From the NCBI RefSeq assembly GCF_000017945.1, contig NC_009776.1, forward strand, positions 330,001 to 362,000: a stretch of 32,000 bases of DNA, given 5' to 3'. Below the pieces are notes generated by a model. The model made no database searches and had not been told where the DNA came from. It was given only the letters and a program-made list of their open reading frames with translations. Positions 17,551-25,469 of this stretch are shown here, piece by piece. Source of the stretch: Ignicoccus hospitalis KIN4/I (GTDB lineage: Archaea > Thermoproteota > Thermoprotei_A > Sulfolobales > Ignicoccaceae). Made by a program: the position numbers and the translations under genes. Each line of letters starts with the position of its first letter. The first letter of the stretch is position 1.

Positions 17551-19012
17551 CGGCCTCGGCCAACTTCTTTAAGACCGCCCTCGTCTGGACGGAGCCGAAG
17601 TACCCGAAGCTCCCCTTCACGACCGCTATCACCGGGTACTCGTCTATTTCTTCTTCCAATACCATCGCTTTCGTTAGCCTGTCCTCGCAGTCGAACACCG
17701 GGACCCCCTCCCGGTAGACCTCGTAAACCCTCACCTTGTCGGCTTTGTCCTTCAGGTGCAAGACGTCTGCCGCGCTCAGGTAGCCCACGGGCCAGTTGGC
17801 GGCGTCCACCACGACGACAGCCTCTATCCCTTCCTCGAACATCTTTAAGGCGCTGGTCAGAGGCTCGCTGAGCTCCACAGCTGCCCTCACCAACTTCAAG
17901 TCGCAGAACCTCAAGGCTACCTTGCGCCCCCTCTTCCTAGTGACCGCCAGAGAGCCGAAGGTCAGCGTGTTCAACGTGACGACCGTTATGCTAGATGAGT
18001 ACAAGTCCAAACTAATTCCGTTGACCTTGTACTGGCTCGCCAGCAAGGCGGTGTCTATCCCTCCCTTCACGCTGGTCAAGGCGGAGTACCTCCACCTCCA
18101 CCCGCTCCACCACTTAATCATCATAGTTTTTACAAGTGCCACAATAAAGTTCGTAGTTATCAGAAGCAACAACGTCGGGTACGTTACTGTAGCGAAGTTC
18201 ACCAAGGCTCCGGAGCCCACGAAGAAGAGGGGCTCGAATAGACTGTGGTTAATGGTTTTCAGTTTCGATGTAAGCCACGGGCGCTCTGCCAAGTACTCGC
18301 TGGCGAGCACCCCCAAGAGCAGCGAGACCACCGCGCTGTTTAGGCCGAAGCTCTCAGAAGCGTACCCCAAGGTCAAAACCATCGAAATGATCAAGGTTAA
18401 AGGAAGCTCCTTGGCTAGGAACTGCTCCTCCGCTTCCAGTACCTTCCTAAATACAACCGTCCCGTACCTTATTGTTATTATTAAACCTATTGAGACAATG
18501 ATCAACATGAGTACGTTCTTCAAAGATAATAAGAAAATTATAGTTACTGCTGTTATCTCACTGACGCTTAATATTGTTAAGACCTCTTCGAAGTTCTCCA
18601 GCTCCACGTGCTTCAAGAGGGTGTACGCCCTAAGAGTGCTCGGCATGGAGAATATCGTGGCCAACAAGATTGAGCTCTTGAAGTCCAATGAGGTCTGTAA
18701 CAAGGCGAAGGAAATGGCGAAGGGCACTAAAAAGAATATCGTCCCCTTGATCACGTGTCTCCCCTTCACCTCTCTTATCAGCTTGCCCAACTCTTCGCTT
18801 CCCAAGAGGAAGGCGGTGAAGTTCAAGCCCACCACGAAGAGCAACGGGGCGTAGCGGTACTCCTCCTTCAGTTGGGTCAGTTGCGAGCCCAAGAGGCCTA
18901 GGGACAGGGGCCCGAGGAGCGAGGGGAGGCCCAGCTTCAAGGTGAGCTCTTCCGCGGCCTTCGCTAAGAGCAACGTTAAGCCTATCATCGAAATTATCAC
19001 TTCTGCCTCCAT
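17540..19012 (-). CDS. CPA2-type cation:proton antiporter with C-terminal CBS domains
   Basis: 490 aa; about 12 TM segments with LGLPSLLGPLSLGLL, FGLNSAVVSLLLGVLASEYL and VKGGIDTALLA; soluble C-terminus EGIEAVVVVDAANWPVGYLSAADVL...EYPVIAVV resembles paired CBS motifs. Confidence 0.82.
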   Translation of the reverse strand: MEAEVIISMIGLTLLLAKAAEELTLKLGLPSLLGPLSLGLLGSQLTQLKEEYRYAPLLFVVGLNFTAFLLGSEELGKLIREVKGRHVIKGTIFFLVPFAISFALLQTSLDFKSSILLATIFSMPSTLRAYTLLKHVELENFEEVLTILSVSEITAVTIIFLLSLKNVLMLIIVSIGLIITIRYGTVVFRKVLEAEEQFLAKELPLTLIISMVLTLGYASESFGLNSAVVSLLLGVLASEYLAERPWLTSKLKTINHSLFEPLFFVGSGALVNFATVTYPTLLLLITTNFIVALVKTMMIKWWSGWRWRYSALTSVKGGIDTALLASQYKVNGISLDLYSSSITVVTLNTLTFGSLAVTRKRGRKVALRFCDLKLVRAAVELSEPLTSALKMFEEGIEAVVVVDAANWPVGYLSAADVLHLKDKADKVRVYEVYREGVPVFDCEDRLTKAMVLEEEIDEYPVIAVVKGSFGYFGSVQTRAVLKKLAEAVSP

Positions 19013-19119
19013 TCTCTCTGGTCACCGGGCTCCGGCCGAGGGCGTTGGAGCGCACAAAAAACGCGAACTTAGAGGTCCCAACTGAATAGGGCCCCCGCGC
19101 GAAGGCCTCCGGTGGTGGC

Positions 19120-19650
19120 TTGAGGGCCGTAATACTCGTGGGCCCCATGGTTGACGAGTACGAGGTAGTCGTCCCCTACTCCCTCTTCAAGGCGTACGGC
19201 TTCGAGGTGGACATAGCCTCCTTCAAGGCGGGAGAGGAGGTGGTGGGGAAGAGGGGCGTCAAGCTGGAGCTGGTCCCCAACAAGAGCTTCTCCGAGTTAA
19301 AGGCGGACGAGTACGACGCCGTGATAATAGCCGGCGGCTACGCCCCGGACAAGGTGAGGAGGGACGAGAACGTTAAGAGGTTCGTGAGGGAGATGTACGA
19401 GAAGGGTAAGTTGGTCTTGAGCATATGCCACGGGGGCTGGGTGCTCATAAGCGCCGGCGTCGCTAAGGGGAAGAAGGTGACGGGGAGCAAGGGCATATGG
19501 GACGACTTGAGGAACGCCGGCGCGGAGCCCGTGGACGAGCCCTTAGTTATAGACGGCAACGTGGTGAGCGTGAAGACTTGGAGGGAGTTCGACCACCTAA
19601 TAAAGAACTTCGACAAGGTTCTGAAGGCGATCAAGGGTACCTCCGGCTGA
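19120..19650 (+). CDS. DJ-1/PfpI family protein
   Basis: 176 aa from TTG; YDAVIIAGGYAPDKVRRDENVKRFVREMYEKGKLVLSICHGGWVLISAGVAKGKKVTGSKGI with the nucleophilic elbow Cys-His-Gly. Confidence 0.88.
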   Translation: MRAVILVGPMVDEYEVVVPYSLFKAYGFEVDIASFKAGEEVVGKRGVKLELVPNKSFSELKADEYDAVIIAGGYAPDKVRRDENVKRFVREMYEKGKLVLSICHGGWVLISAGVAKGKKVTGSKGIWDDLRNAGAEPVDEPLVIDGNVVSVKTWREFDHLIKNFDKVLKAIKGTSG

Positions 19651-20038
19651 GCTCCGCCAGAGGGTGGCCGTGGGCGTGGAGCAAGAACTCCTTGTACCAG
19701 CCGAAGGGCGCGCAGACCACCTCGAACTCCTCGCCGAGCCTCTCGCAAGCCCTCCGGAGCAGCTCCCTCGCCTCCCCCGGAGGGGCGAGCTCGTTGGACA
19801 AGTGCGCGTAGGGGTAGAGCACTAAGCCCGACGGCTTGACCCTCTGGAACTGTACCCTAACGTCCTCTAGCAACTTCTCCAAGAGCTCTTCTGTATCACC
19901 CTTTTCCACGGTCAAGAAGATCACTAAGGGGTTCTCTCTGCACACCTCCTCCTTGGAGCTCAACTCTTCCGCACTCTTCAAGGCCTTTTTAGTGGGTTTG
20001 AAGCAGAACTTCTTCGCGTGTATAAATAAAGCCTTCAA
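19631..20038 (-). CDS. Stand-alone archaeal threonyl-tRNA synthetase editing domain (tRNA-Thr_ED)
   Basis: 135 aa from TTG: MKALFIHAKKFCFKP...VIFLTVEKGD...LVLYPYAHLSNELAPPGEARELL...APFGWYKEFLLHAHGHPLAELSRRYP. Matches the archaeal ThrRS N2 editing domain motifs and ends exactly where that domain ends. Confidence 0.85.
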   Translation of the reverse strand: MKALFIHAKKFCFKPTKKALKSAEELSSKEEVCRENPLVIFLTVEKGDTEELLEKLLEDVRVQFQRVKPSGLVLYPYAHLSNELAPPGEARELLRRACERLGEEFEVVCAPFGWYKEFLLHAHGHPLAELSRRYP

Positions 20039-20167
20039 AGGCCTTCCCCTCCAGAAAGGGGGCCGGGAGGTTTAGACTCCAAATGCTTACTGAGAATAAC
20101 CTCGTCGCTCCGCCCCTCCTGGGGATGAGCCGTCAGAGGCGGCTGGAACTTCGAGGAGAAGCCGCTG

Positions 20168-21349
20168 TTGGTGTTCTGGGAGACCACCAAGGCGTGTAAG
20201 CTGGTCTGCAAGCACTGCAGGGCGGAGGCGATAGAGGAGCCCTTGCCGGACGAGCTCACCCACGAGGAGTCCTTGGCTCTAATAGACCAGATAACGGAGT
20301 TCGGCCGGCCTTACCCTCACTTGATAATGACCGGCGGAGACGTCTTAATGAGGAAGGACTTTTGGGACCTGGCGAGGTACTCCATCTCAAAAGGCATAAG
20401 GACCTTGGTGGCCCCGAGCGTCACCCCTCTCTTAACGGAAGAGAAGATAAAGAAGATGAAGGAAATCGGGATAATCGGGATGAGCCTCTCCTTGGACGGC
20501 GCGAGGGCGGAGACGCACGACTCCATTAGGGGGATAAACGGCATATTCGAAAGGACTGTAGAGCTAATGAACTTCGTCAAGAAGGATGTGGGCATGTTCC
20601 TCCAGATAAACACGGCGGTAATGAGGGACAACGTAGAGGAGCTCCCGGAGGTTTTCAAGCTCATAACGGACGCCGGAGTGGACGCTTGGGAGGTCTTCTA
20701 CCTAATACTGACGGGAAGGGCCTCCAAGGATTTGGACCTCACTAAGGATGAATATTGGGACGTCTCCAACTTCTTGTACGACGCCTCCAAGTACGGGAAG
20801 ACCACCATAAGGACCACCGAGGGCCCCTTCTTCCGGGTCGTGTACCGGCTTAGGACCGTCTTGGACGAGATGGGCAAGGGGCCCGAGGAGCTGGGGGTGG
20901 GGGAGTTATACTACAAGCTTAGGGAGAGGCTGGAAGAGCTAATGGGTCCGGTGCCCCACGGGCCGCCCAAGCAGAAGAGGGCCCCCTCGGCCTACACTAG
21001 GGACGGCTACGGGATAATCTTCGTGGCCTACAACGGGGACGTCTACCCCTCCGGCTTCCTCCCGTACAAAGTTGGGAACGTGAGGGAGGCGAGCTTAAAG
21101 GAGATCTATCAGAACAGCAAGGCCCTTAAGATGATAAGGGACCCGAGCAACTTCAGGCCCCCGTGCGGGACTTGCAAGTTCAACTTCATGTGTGGGGGGT
21201 CGAGGGCGAGGGCGTACTCTTACTTCAAGGACCCCTTCGGCCACGACCCGGCTTGCAAGCTCCCGGAGGTGCTGGAGTCCTTAGACCCCCAGGTGGTCGA
21301 GGAGGCCCTCAGGCCCTTCGGAAGGGCGAAAAGCTTCACCAACGTCTGA
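20168..21349 (+). CDS. Radical SAM/SPASM protein (AhbC/AhbD/NirJ-like subgroup); 5' end uncertain
   Basis: CKLVCKHC (CX3CX2C), MTGGDVLMRKDFWDL, and C-terminal CGTCKFNFMCGGSRARAYSYFKDPFGHDPAC. Confidence 0.85.
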   Translation: MVFWETTKACKLVCKHCRAEAIEEPLPDELTHEESLALIDQITEFGRPYPHLIMTGGDVLMRKDFWDLARYSISKGIRTLVAPSVTPLLTEEKIKKMKEIGIIGMSLSLDGARAETHDSIRGINGIFERTVELMNFVKKDVGMFLQINTAVMRDNVEELPEVFKLITDAGVDAWEVFYLILTGRASKDLDLTKDEYWDVSNFLYDASKYGKTTIRTTEGPFFRVVYRLRTVLDEMGKGPEELGVGELYYKLRERLEELMGPVPHGPPKQKRAPSAYTRDGYGIIFVAYNGDVYPSGFLPYKVGNVREASLKEIYQNSKALKMIRDPSNFRPPCGTCKFNFMCGGSRARAYSYFKDPFGHDPACKLPEVLESLDPQVVEEALRPFGRAKSFTNV

Positions 21350-21363
21350 GGCCCGGGACTGCC

Positions 21364-22503
21364 TTGAAGGTCCTCAAGTTTTCCAAGCTCTATGTCGGCG
21401 ACGGTTCGGTCTTGAAGGACGTGTACGTGGGTTTCGAAGGGGAAGAGATAACTTACGTCGGGGGAGAGAGGCCCGAGGGCGAGCTCCTAGGGGAGTTCCC
21501 CGTGGGCACCCCGGCGCTGGTGGACCCGCACTCCCACATAGGCATGGACAGGGCGGGCGAGCCCTATTACGAGGAGGAGGCCAACGAAACTATGGACTCC
21601 TTGCTGCCCTACCTAGAGGCTCAGAACAGCGTCTACATGGACGACAAGGCCTTCGAGGAGAGCGTGGAGTGGGGAGTGCTCTACTCCGCGGTGACCCACG
21701 GGTCCGGAAACATAATCGGCGGCAAGGTCGCTCTCTTGAGGAACTGGAAGAAGAACGTGAGGGACGCCTTCATAAAGCACGTGGGCGTGAAGGCGGCGCT
21801 GGGCTACAACCCTAGGTCCACCACCTCGTGGAGGGGCACTAGGCCCTCGACCAGGATGGGGGTCATAGCCCTCTTCAAGAAGGCCTTCGACAAGGCCGCG
21901 GCCGACTTGGAGGACTTAAGGAAGGGGAAGAAGGAGTGGAAGGACCTAGAGCCCACCAGCAAGGCGCTGGTCCCCGTGCTCGAGGGGAGGTTGCCCCTAA
22001 GGGTGCACGTCCACAAGGAGGACGACATAGCGGTACTTATCTCACTTGCTAAGACGTACGGCTTCAAGTACACGATCGACCACGCGTGCGACGTACACAC
22101 GGAGGAGGGCTTCAAGATGATAAAGGAGAGCGGGGCCTCCTTGGTCTACGGCCCCGTGGACTCCCACCCCTACAAGGTGGAGCTCAAACACGAGAGCTAC
22201 AAGAACATAAAGCTCCTAATAAAGTACATGCCGGAAGTCACCGCCCTGATGAGCGACCACCCAGTGGTGCTCCAGAGGAACCTAATGCTGCAGCTGAGGT
22301 ACTTTATGATGTACGGAATGCCCTTCGAAGAGGCAATAAAGCTCGTAACGGGCAACGCTGCGAAGGTCGTAGGCTTGAACGCGGGGGAGGTGAAGGTAGG
22401 GAAGTTGGTGTCCTTGGTCGCGTGGAACGGGGAGCCTTATGTGTTGGGCAGCGCGCCGGAGCTGGTGGTGGCGGAAGGGGAGGTCTTGGAGGTGCGTAGG
22501 TGA
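21364..22503 (+). CDS. Amidohydrolase superfamily protein
   Basis: From TTG 21364: MKVLKFSKLYVGDGSVLKDVYVGFEGEEITYVGG...PALVDPHSHIGMD...LPLRVHVHKEDD...YTIDHACDVH...MSDHPVVLQ...GNAAKVVGL. The metal ligands HxH, H, H and D are placed as expected. Track start at 21163 is out of context. Confidence 0.85.
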   Translation: MKVLKFSKLYVGDGSVLKDVYVGFEGEEITYVGGERPEGELLGEFPVGTPALVDPHSHIGMDRAGEPYYEEEANETMDSLLPYLEAQNSVYMDDKAFEESVEWGVLYSAVTHGSGNIIGGKVALLRNWKKNVRDAFIKHVGVKAALGYNPRSTTSWRGTRPSTRMGVIALFKKAFDKAAADLEDLRKGKKEWKDLEPTSKALVPVLEGRLPLRVHVHKEDDIAVLISLAKTYGFKYTIDHACDVHTEEGFKMIKESGASLVYGPVDSHPYKVELKHESYKNIKLLIKYMPEVTALMSDHPVVLQRNLMLQLRYFMMYGMPFEEAIKLVTGNAAKVVGLNAGEVKVGKLVSLVAWNGEPYVLGSAPELVVAEGEVLEVRR

Positions 22504-22522
22504 AGGGTCCTCATTTTTTGTA
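22504..22522 (+). terminator. T-rich 3' end downstream of the amidohydrolase gene
   Basis: ATTTTTTG run at about 22512-22519, just after the stop and before the oppositely oriented tRNA; archaeal termination commonly uses oligo-T. Confidence 0.35.
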
Positions 22523-22526
22523 AGGG

Positions 22527-22603
22527 TGGTGGACCGGCCGGGACTTGAACCCGGGACCTCCCGGTTGCCAACCGGGCGCTCTTCCAGGCTGAGCTACCGG
22601 CCC
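22527..22603 (-). tRNA. tRNA-Ala (anticodon GGC), CCA encoded
   Basis: Reverse complement: GGGCCGG TA GCTC AGCCTGGAA GAGC G CCCGG TTGGCAA CCGGG AGGTC CCGGG TTCAAGT CCCGG CCGGTCC A CCA. Complete cloverleaf; acceptor stem contains the G3:U70 alanine identity pair. Anticodon at 22567-22569. Confidence 0.97.
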
Positions 22604-22639
22604 ACCTCGCGCCCGGCTCCGAGGGAGGGATCCTAAAAC

Positions 22640-22650
22640 AGTTTATAAGT
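22640..22650 (-). promoter_or_regulatory. Putative archaeal TATA box for tRNA-Ala
   Basis: Minus strand reads GAGAAAAACTTATAAACTG about 38 nt upstream of the mature tRNA 5' end. The TATA motif overlaps the stop codon of the upstream nucleotidyltransferase gene. Confidence 0.5.
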
Positions 22651-23479
22651 TTTTCTCAACCACCGCGCCCACGTACTTCTTGTAGCTCTCGGCCACCGCC
22701 CCGGGCTGGACGCTGCTCCCCCTTACGTAGGCGAAGCTCTCCACGGTTGCCCCGGGCTCCACCGAAGACCTCTTGACCACCGCTTGGGACTCCACGAACG
22801 CCCCGGAGCCTACGAAGGCGGGCCCTATCAAGGTCGCCCCGGGCTCCACAGTTGCCCCGGGCTCCACTATTACCGGCCCCTTGAGGTGGACCCCCTCGAG
22901 GTCGATTGCGACCTTACTGTAGCCGGAACTTAAGTACCTGAAGAAGTCTTCAAACATTTTCAACACGTCCGAAGGCTCGTCCACGTCGTGCCACACGCCG
23001 TCGAACCTCTTTACGCTCATTATTCCGCTATTAATCAGCTCGTTCAAAGCTCCGGCGAGGTCGCCGATTTCCATTATTTTCTCAAAGCATTCCTCATCTA
23101 AGCTCAAGAGCCCCCCGAAGACGTAGCTGCTCTGCGGCCCCCCTATCTTCCCGTGTCGAGAGGAGGGCACGGAAGCGACTGCGGCCACGCTGCATGGGGA
23201 GTCCAAAGAGGTGTAGAAGCCCTCCTCCGCCACCACGTCGCCGTAGGAGACGAGCAAGGGCAAGCCCAGCTCCTCCGCCGCGTCCCTTATCGCCCCCAAG
23301 ACCCCGGGGGTCCTCTGGACCACAGTTTCGTAACCGTCCAAGGTCCAGCCGGAGGTGAGCAAGGCTACGTCGTAGACCTTTTCCAAGGCTTTTAGGGGGT
23401 ATTCGACGACCATCTTCCCTAAGAAGTACGTCTTGAACCTCTTTACCCTGTTCCCCCCTGCGAGCACCACGGCCCTCAA
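22643..23479 (-). CDS. Sugar-phosphate nucleotidyltransferase-like protein with C-terminal left-handed beta-helix
   Basis: 278 aa; MRAVVLAGGNRVKRFKTYFLGKMVVEYPL, VSYGDVV and VWHDVDEPSDVLK, then hexapeptide-like repeats VIVEPGATVEPGATLIGPAFVGSGAFVES...SSVEPGATVESFAYVRGSSVQPGAV. Confidence 0.75.
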   Translation of the reverse strand: MRAVVLAGGNRVKRFKTYFLGKMVVEYPLKALEKVYDVALLTSGWTLDGYETVVQRTPGVLGAIRDAAEELGLPLLVSYGDVVAEEGFYTSLDSPCSVAAVASVPSSRHGKIGGPQSSYVFGGLLSLDEECFEKIMEIGDLAGALNELINSGIMSVKRFDGVWHDVDEPSDVLKMFEDFFRYLSSGYSKVAIDLEGVHLKGPVIVEPGATVEPGATLIGPAFVGSGAFVESQAVVKRSSVEPGATVESFAYVRGSSVQPGAVAESYKKYVGAVVEKNL

Positions 23480-24813
23480 AGGCCTACTACCTCCTCGACG
23501 TACTTCGCTGTCCTAGCTATCAACTCTCTAGCCTTTCCCAAGTAACTGCTGGGGTCGCACAGCGCCTCGAGCTCCTCAGAGGTCAAGTACTTGGACAGCT
23601 CGTGCCCCTCCTCCAAGGCCCTCCTTAAGCTCCCGTGAACCCTAATGGCGTCCATCACTACCTTGTGGGCGTCGTTCCTCGCGAGCCCCTTCTCTTTCGT
23701 TAGGTAGATCATTACCCTTTCTGCCAACACCTCGCAGCCGGCCTCCTCTAAGTGCTTCCTTATTGCCTCTTCGTTAATTATAAGCTTGTTTAATAGAGAT
23801 TTGGTAGACTTGAGCTGTTCGTCCACGGTCAAGAAGGCGTGGGGGATGAGCACCCTTTCGGAGGCCGAGTTCGTTAAGTCCCTCTCGTGCCACAAGGGCA
23901 CGTTCTCGAGCTCCCCCAAGACCAAGGACCTCATCACCTTCGCGAGCCCAGATATCTTCTCGGAGGTCACGGGGTTGGCCTTGTGGGGCATGGTGCTGGA
24001 GCCAACTTGTCCCCTCCTCACCCCCTCCACCAGCTCCCTTATCTCCGGCCTGCTGAGCTCCCTCACCTCCAAGGCAAACCTGTCCAGTACGGACGAGAGT
24101 ATAGCCAAGTCCGCCAAGAGCTCGGCGAAGCCGTCCCTGGGGGCCACTTGGGTCGTTATGGGGTGCGGAGGGAGCTTGAGCTCCTCGGAGACGAGCCTCT
24201 CCACCTCGAAGGCCTTCTCGCCCCAAGCGGCCATGGTCCCCACGGCGCCGCTCATCTTCAGCCTCACCACCCTCCTCTCGGCCTCCTTCAGCCTCTCGTA
24301 GCTCCTAGCCAGCTCGTAGGCGTAGTTTGCGAACTTGAAGCCCAAGGTTATGGGGACGGCCCACTGGCCGTGGGTCCTACCTACCATGGGCAAGTCCGCG
24401 TACTCCTCGCTTATTTCGAGGAACTTCTTGATTATCTCCTTTAAGTCTTTATACACCTTAGCTAGGGCGTCCCTTATTATCAAGGCCCAAGCGGTGTCCA
24501 CCACGTCGTAGCTCGTGGCCCCCAAGTGCAAGTACTTACCAGCGGTCTTGGTCCTCCTCCTGAGGGCCTCTAAGAAGGCCATTACGTCGTGGCCTAACTC
24601 CCTCTCCAGCTCCTCTACCTCCTCGACCGTCACCTCCTCCGCGGCCCTCAAGACCTCCTCCGGGTCCACCTCCTCCGGGACCTCCCCGACCTCCTTCAAC
24701 GCCTTCAGCAACGCATACTCTACCAACGCCATCTTCTTCAAGCGCTCCTCTTGGGACATTATCTTCCTCATCTCTTCGCTGCCGTACCTCCACTGGAACG
24801 GGCAGACGTGCAA
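23476..24813 (-). CDS. purB: Adenylosuccinate lyase
   Basis: 445 aa; KYLHLGATSYDVVDTAWAL, MVGRTHGQWAVPITLG and GSSTMPHKANPVTSEKISGLAKVMR. Confidence 0.93.
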   Translation of the reverse strand: MHVCPFQWRYGSEEMRKIMSQEERLKKMALVEYALLKALKEVGEVPEEVDPEEVLRAAEEVTVEEVEELERELGHDVMAFLEALRRRTKTAGKYLHLGATSYDVVDTAWALIIRDALAKVYKDLKEIIKKFLEISEEYADLPMVGRTHGQWAVPITLGFKFANYAYELARSYERLKEAERRVVRLKMSGAVGTMAAWGEKAFEVERLVSEELKLPPHPITTQVAPRDGFAELLADLAILSSVLDRFALEVRELSRPEIRELVEGVRRGQVGSSTMPHKANPVTSEKISGLAKVMRSLVLGELENVPLWHERDLTNSASERVLIPHAFLTVDEQLKSTKSLLNKLIINEEAIRKHLEEAGCEVLAERVMIYLTKEKGLARNDAHKVVMDAIRVHGSLRRALEEGHELSKYLTSEELEALCDPSSYLGKARELIARTAKYVEEVVGL

Positions 24814-24846
24814 GGCGACCGCCGGGGAGGGGGCGGCGATGGAGTA

Positions 24847-25191
24847 ATGAAGGCGAAGGGCGAGGGTCTAGGGGAAGGGGCGTTGATAGTCATCTTGACC
24901 ACTTTCGGGAACGAAGAAGACGCCAAGAAAGTGGCAAGGACCTTGGTAGAGGAGGGGCTCGTCGCTTGCGCTTGGGTTACCCAAAAGGTGAGGAGCTTCT
25001 ACGTGTGGAAGGGCAAGCTGGAGGAGGACGAGGAGGTGGTAGTAGTATTGAAGGCTCCTAAGAAGACGTTTGAGAAGGCAGTAAAGAGGCTGAGGGAGCT
25101 TCACCCCTACGAGGTGCCGGAGATAATTGCCTTCGAGGCTAATTACGTCCTCCCGGAGTACTTGAAGTGGGCTGAGGAGGTTTGCGGCTGA
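24847..25191 (+). CDS. cutA: Divalent-cation tolerance protein CutA
   Basis: From ATG 24847: ...LIVILTTFGNEEDAKKVARTLVEEGLVACAWVTQKVRSFYVWKGKLEEDEEVVVVLKAPKKTFEKAVKRLRELHPYEVPEIIAFE. Classic CutA1; track start 24751 is too early. Confidence 0.93.
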   Translation: MKAKGEGLGEGALIVILTTFGNEEDAKKVARTLVEEGLVACAWVTQKVRSFYVWKGKLEEDEEVVVVLKAPKKTFEKAVKRLRELHPYEVPEIIAFEANYVLPEYLKWAEEVCG

Positions 25192-25469
25192 GGTTCGACG
25201 CCCGCAAGGGGGCCGAGCTGGCTAAGGTCAAACTATCGGAGGAGGAGCTCCAGAGGCTCCAGAAGGACTTAGACGAGATGGCCGAGATGCTCTCCGTGTT
25301 ATTGGACTTAGATTTGGAAGACGTAGAACCGATGTATACACCTTCAGAGGCCCTCAACGCCGCCAGGCCGGACGAGCCCGGGGAGACCTTGGGCGACTCT
25401 TGGATGTACCTCGTGCCGAGGAAGGAGGAACAAGGAGACAAGAAGTTCGTCAAGGCCCCGAGACCATGA
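25182..25469 (+). CDS. gatC: Asp-tRNA(Asn)/Glu-tRNA(Gln) amidotransferase subunit C-like
   Basis: 95 aa; ELAKVKLSEEELQRLQKDLDEMAEMLSVLLDLDLEDVEPMYTPSEALNAARPDEPGE matches GatC. Confidence 0.8.
   Translation: MRLRFDARKGAELAKVKLSEEELQRLQKDLDEMAEMLSVLLDLDLEDVEPMYTPSEALNAARPDEPGETLGDSWMYLVPRKEEQGDKKFVKAPRP

Noticed and set aside
17796-18854. 352-aa plus-strand ORF opposite the CPA2 antiporter
   Set aside because: Low-complexity Ser/Thr/Lys-rich translation, antisense to a convincing multi-TM transporter; typical shadow ORF of GC-rich hydrophobic genes.
22439-22636. 65-aa plus-strand ORF across the tRNA
   Set aside because: It runs through the tRNA-Ala cloverleaf in antisense; DRPGLEPGTSRLP is the usual antisense-tRNA artefact.
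24515-24847. Plus-strand 110-aa ORF ending just before cutA
   Set aside because: Antisense to the start of purB, no recognisable motifs.
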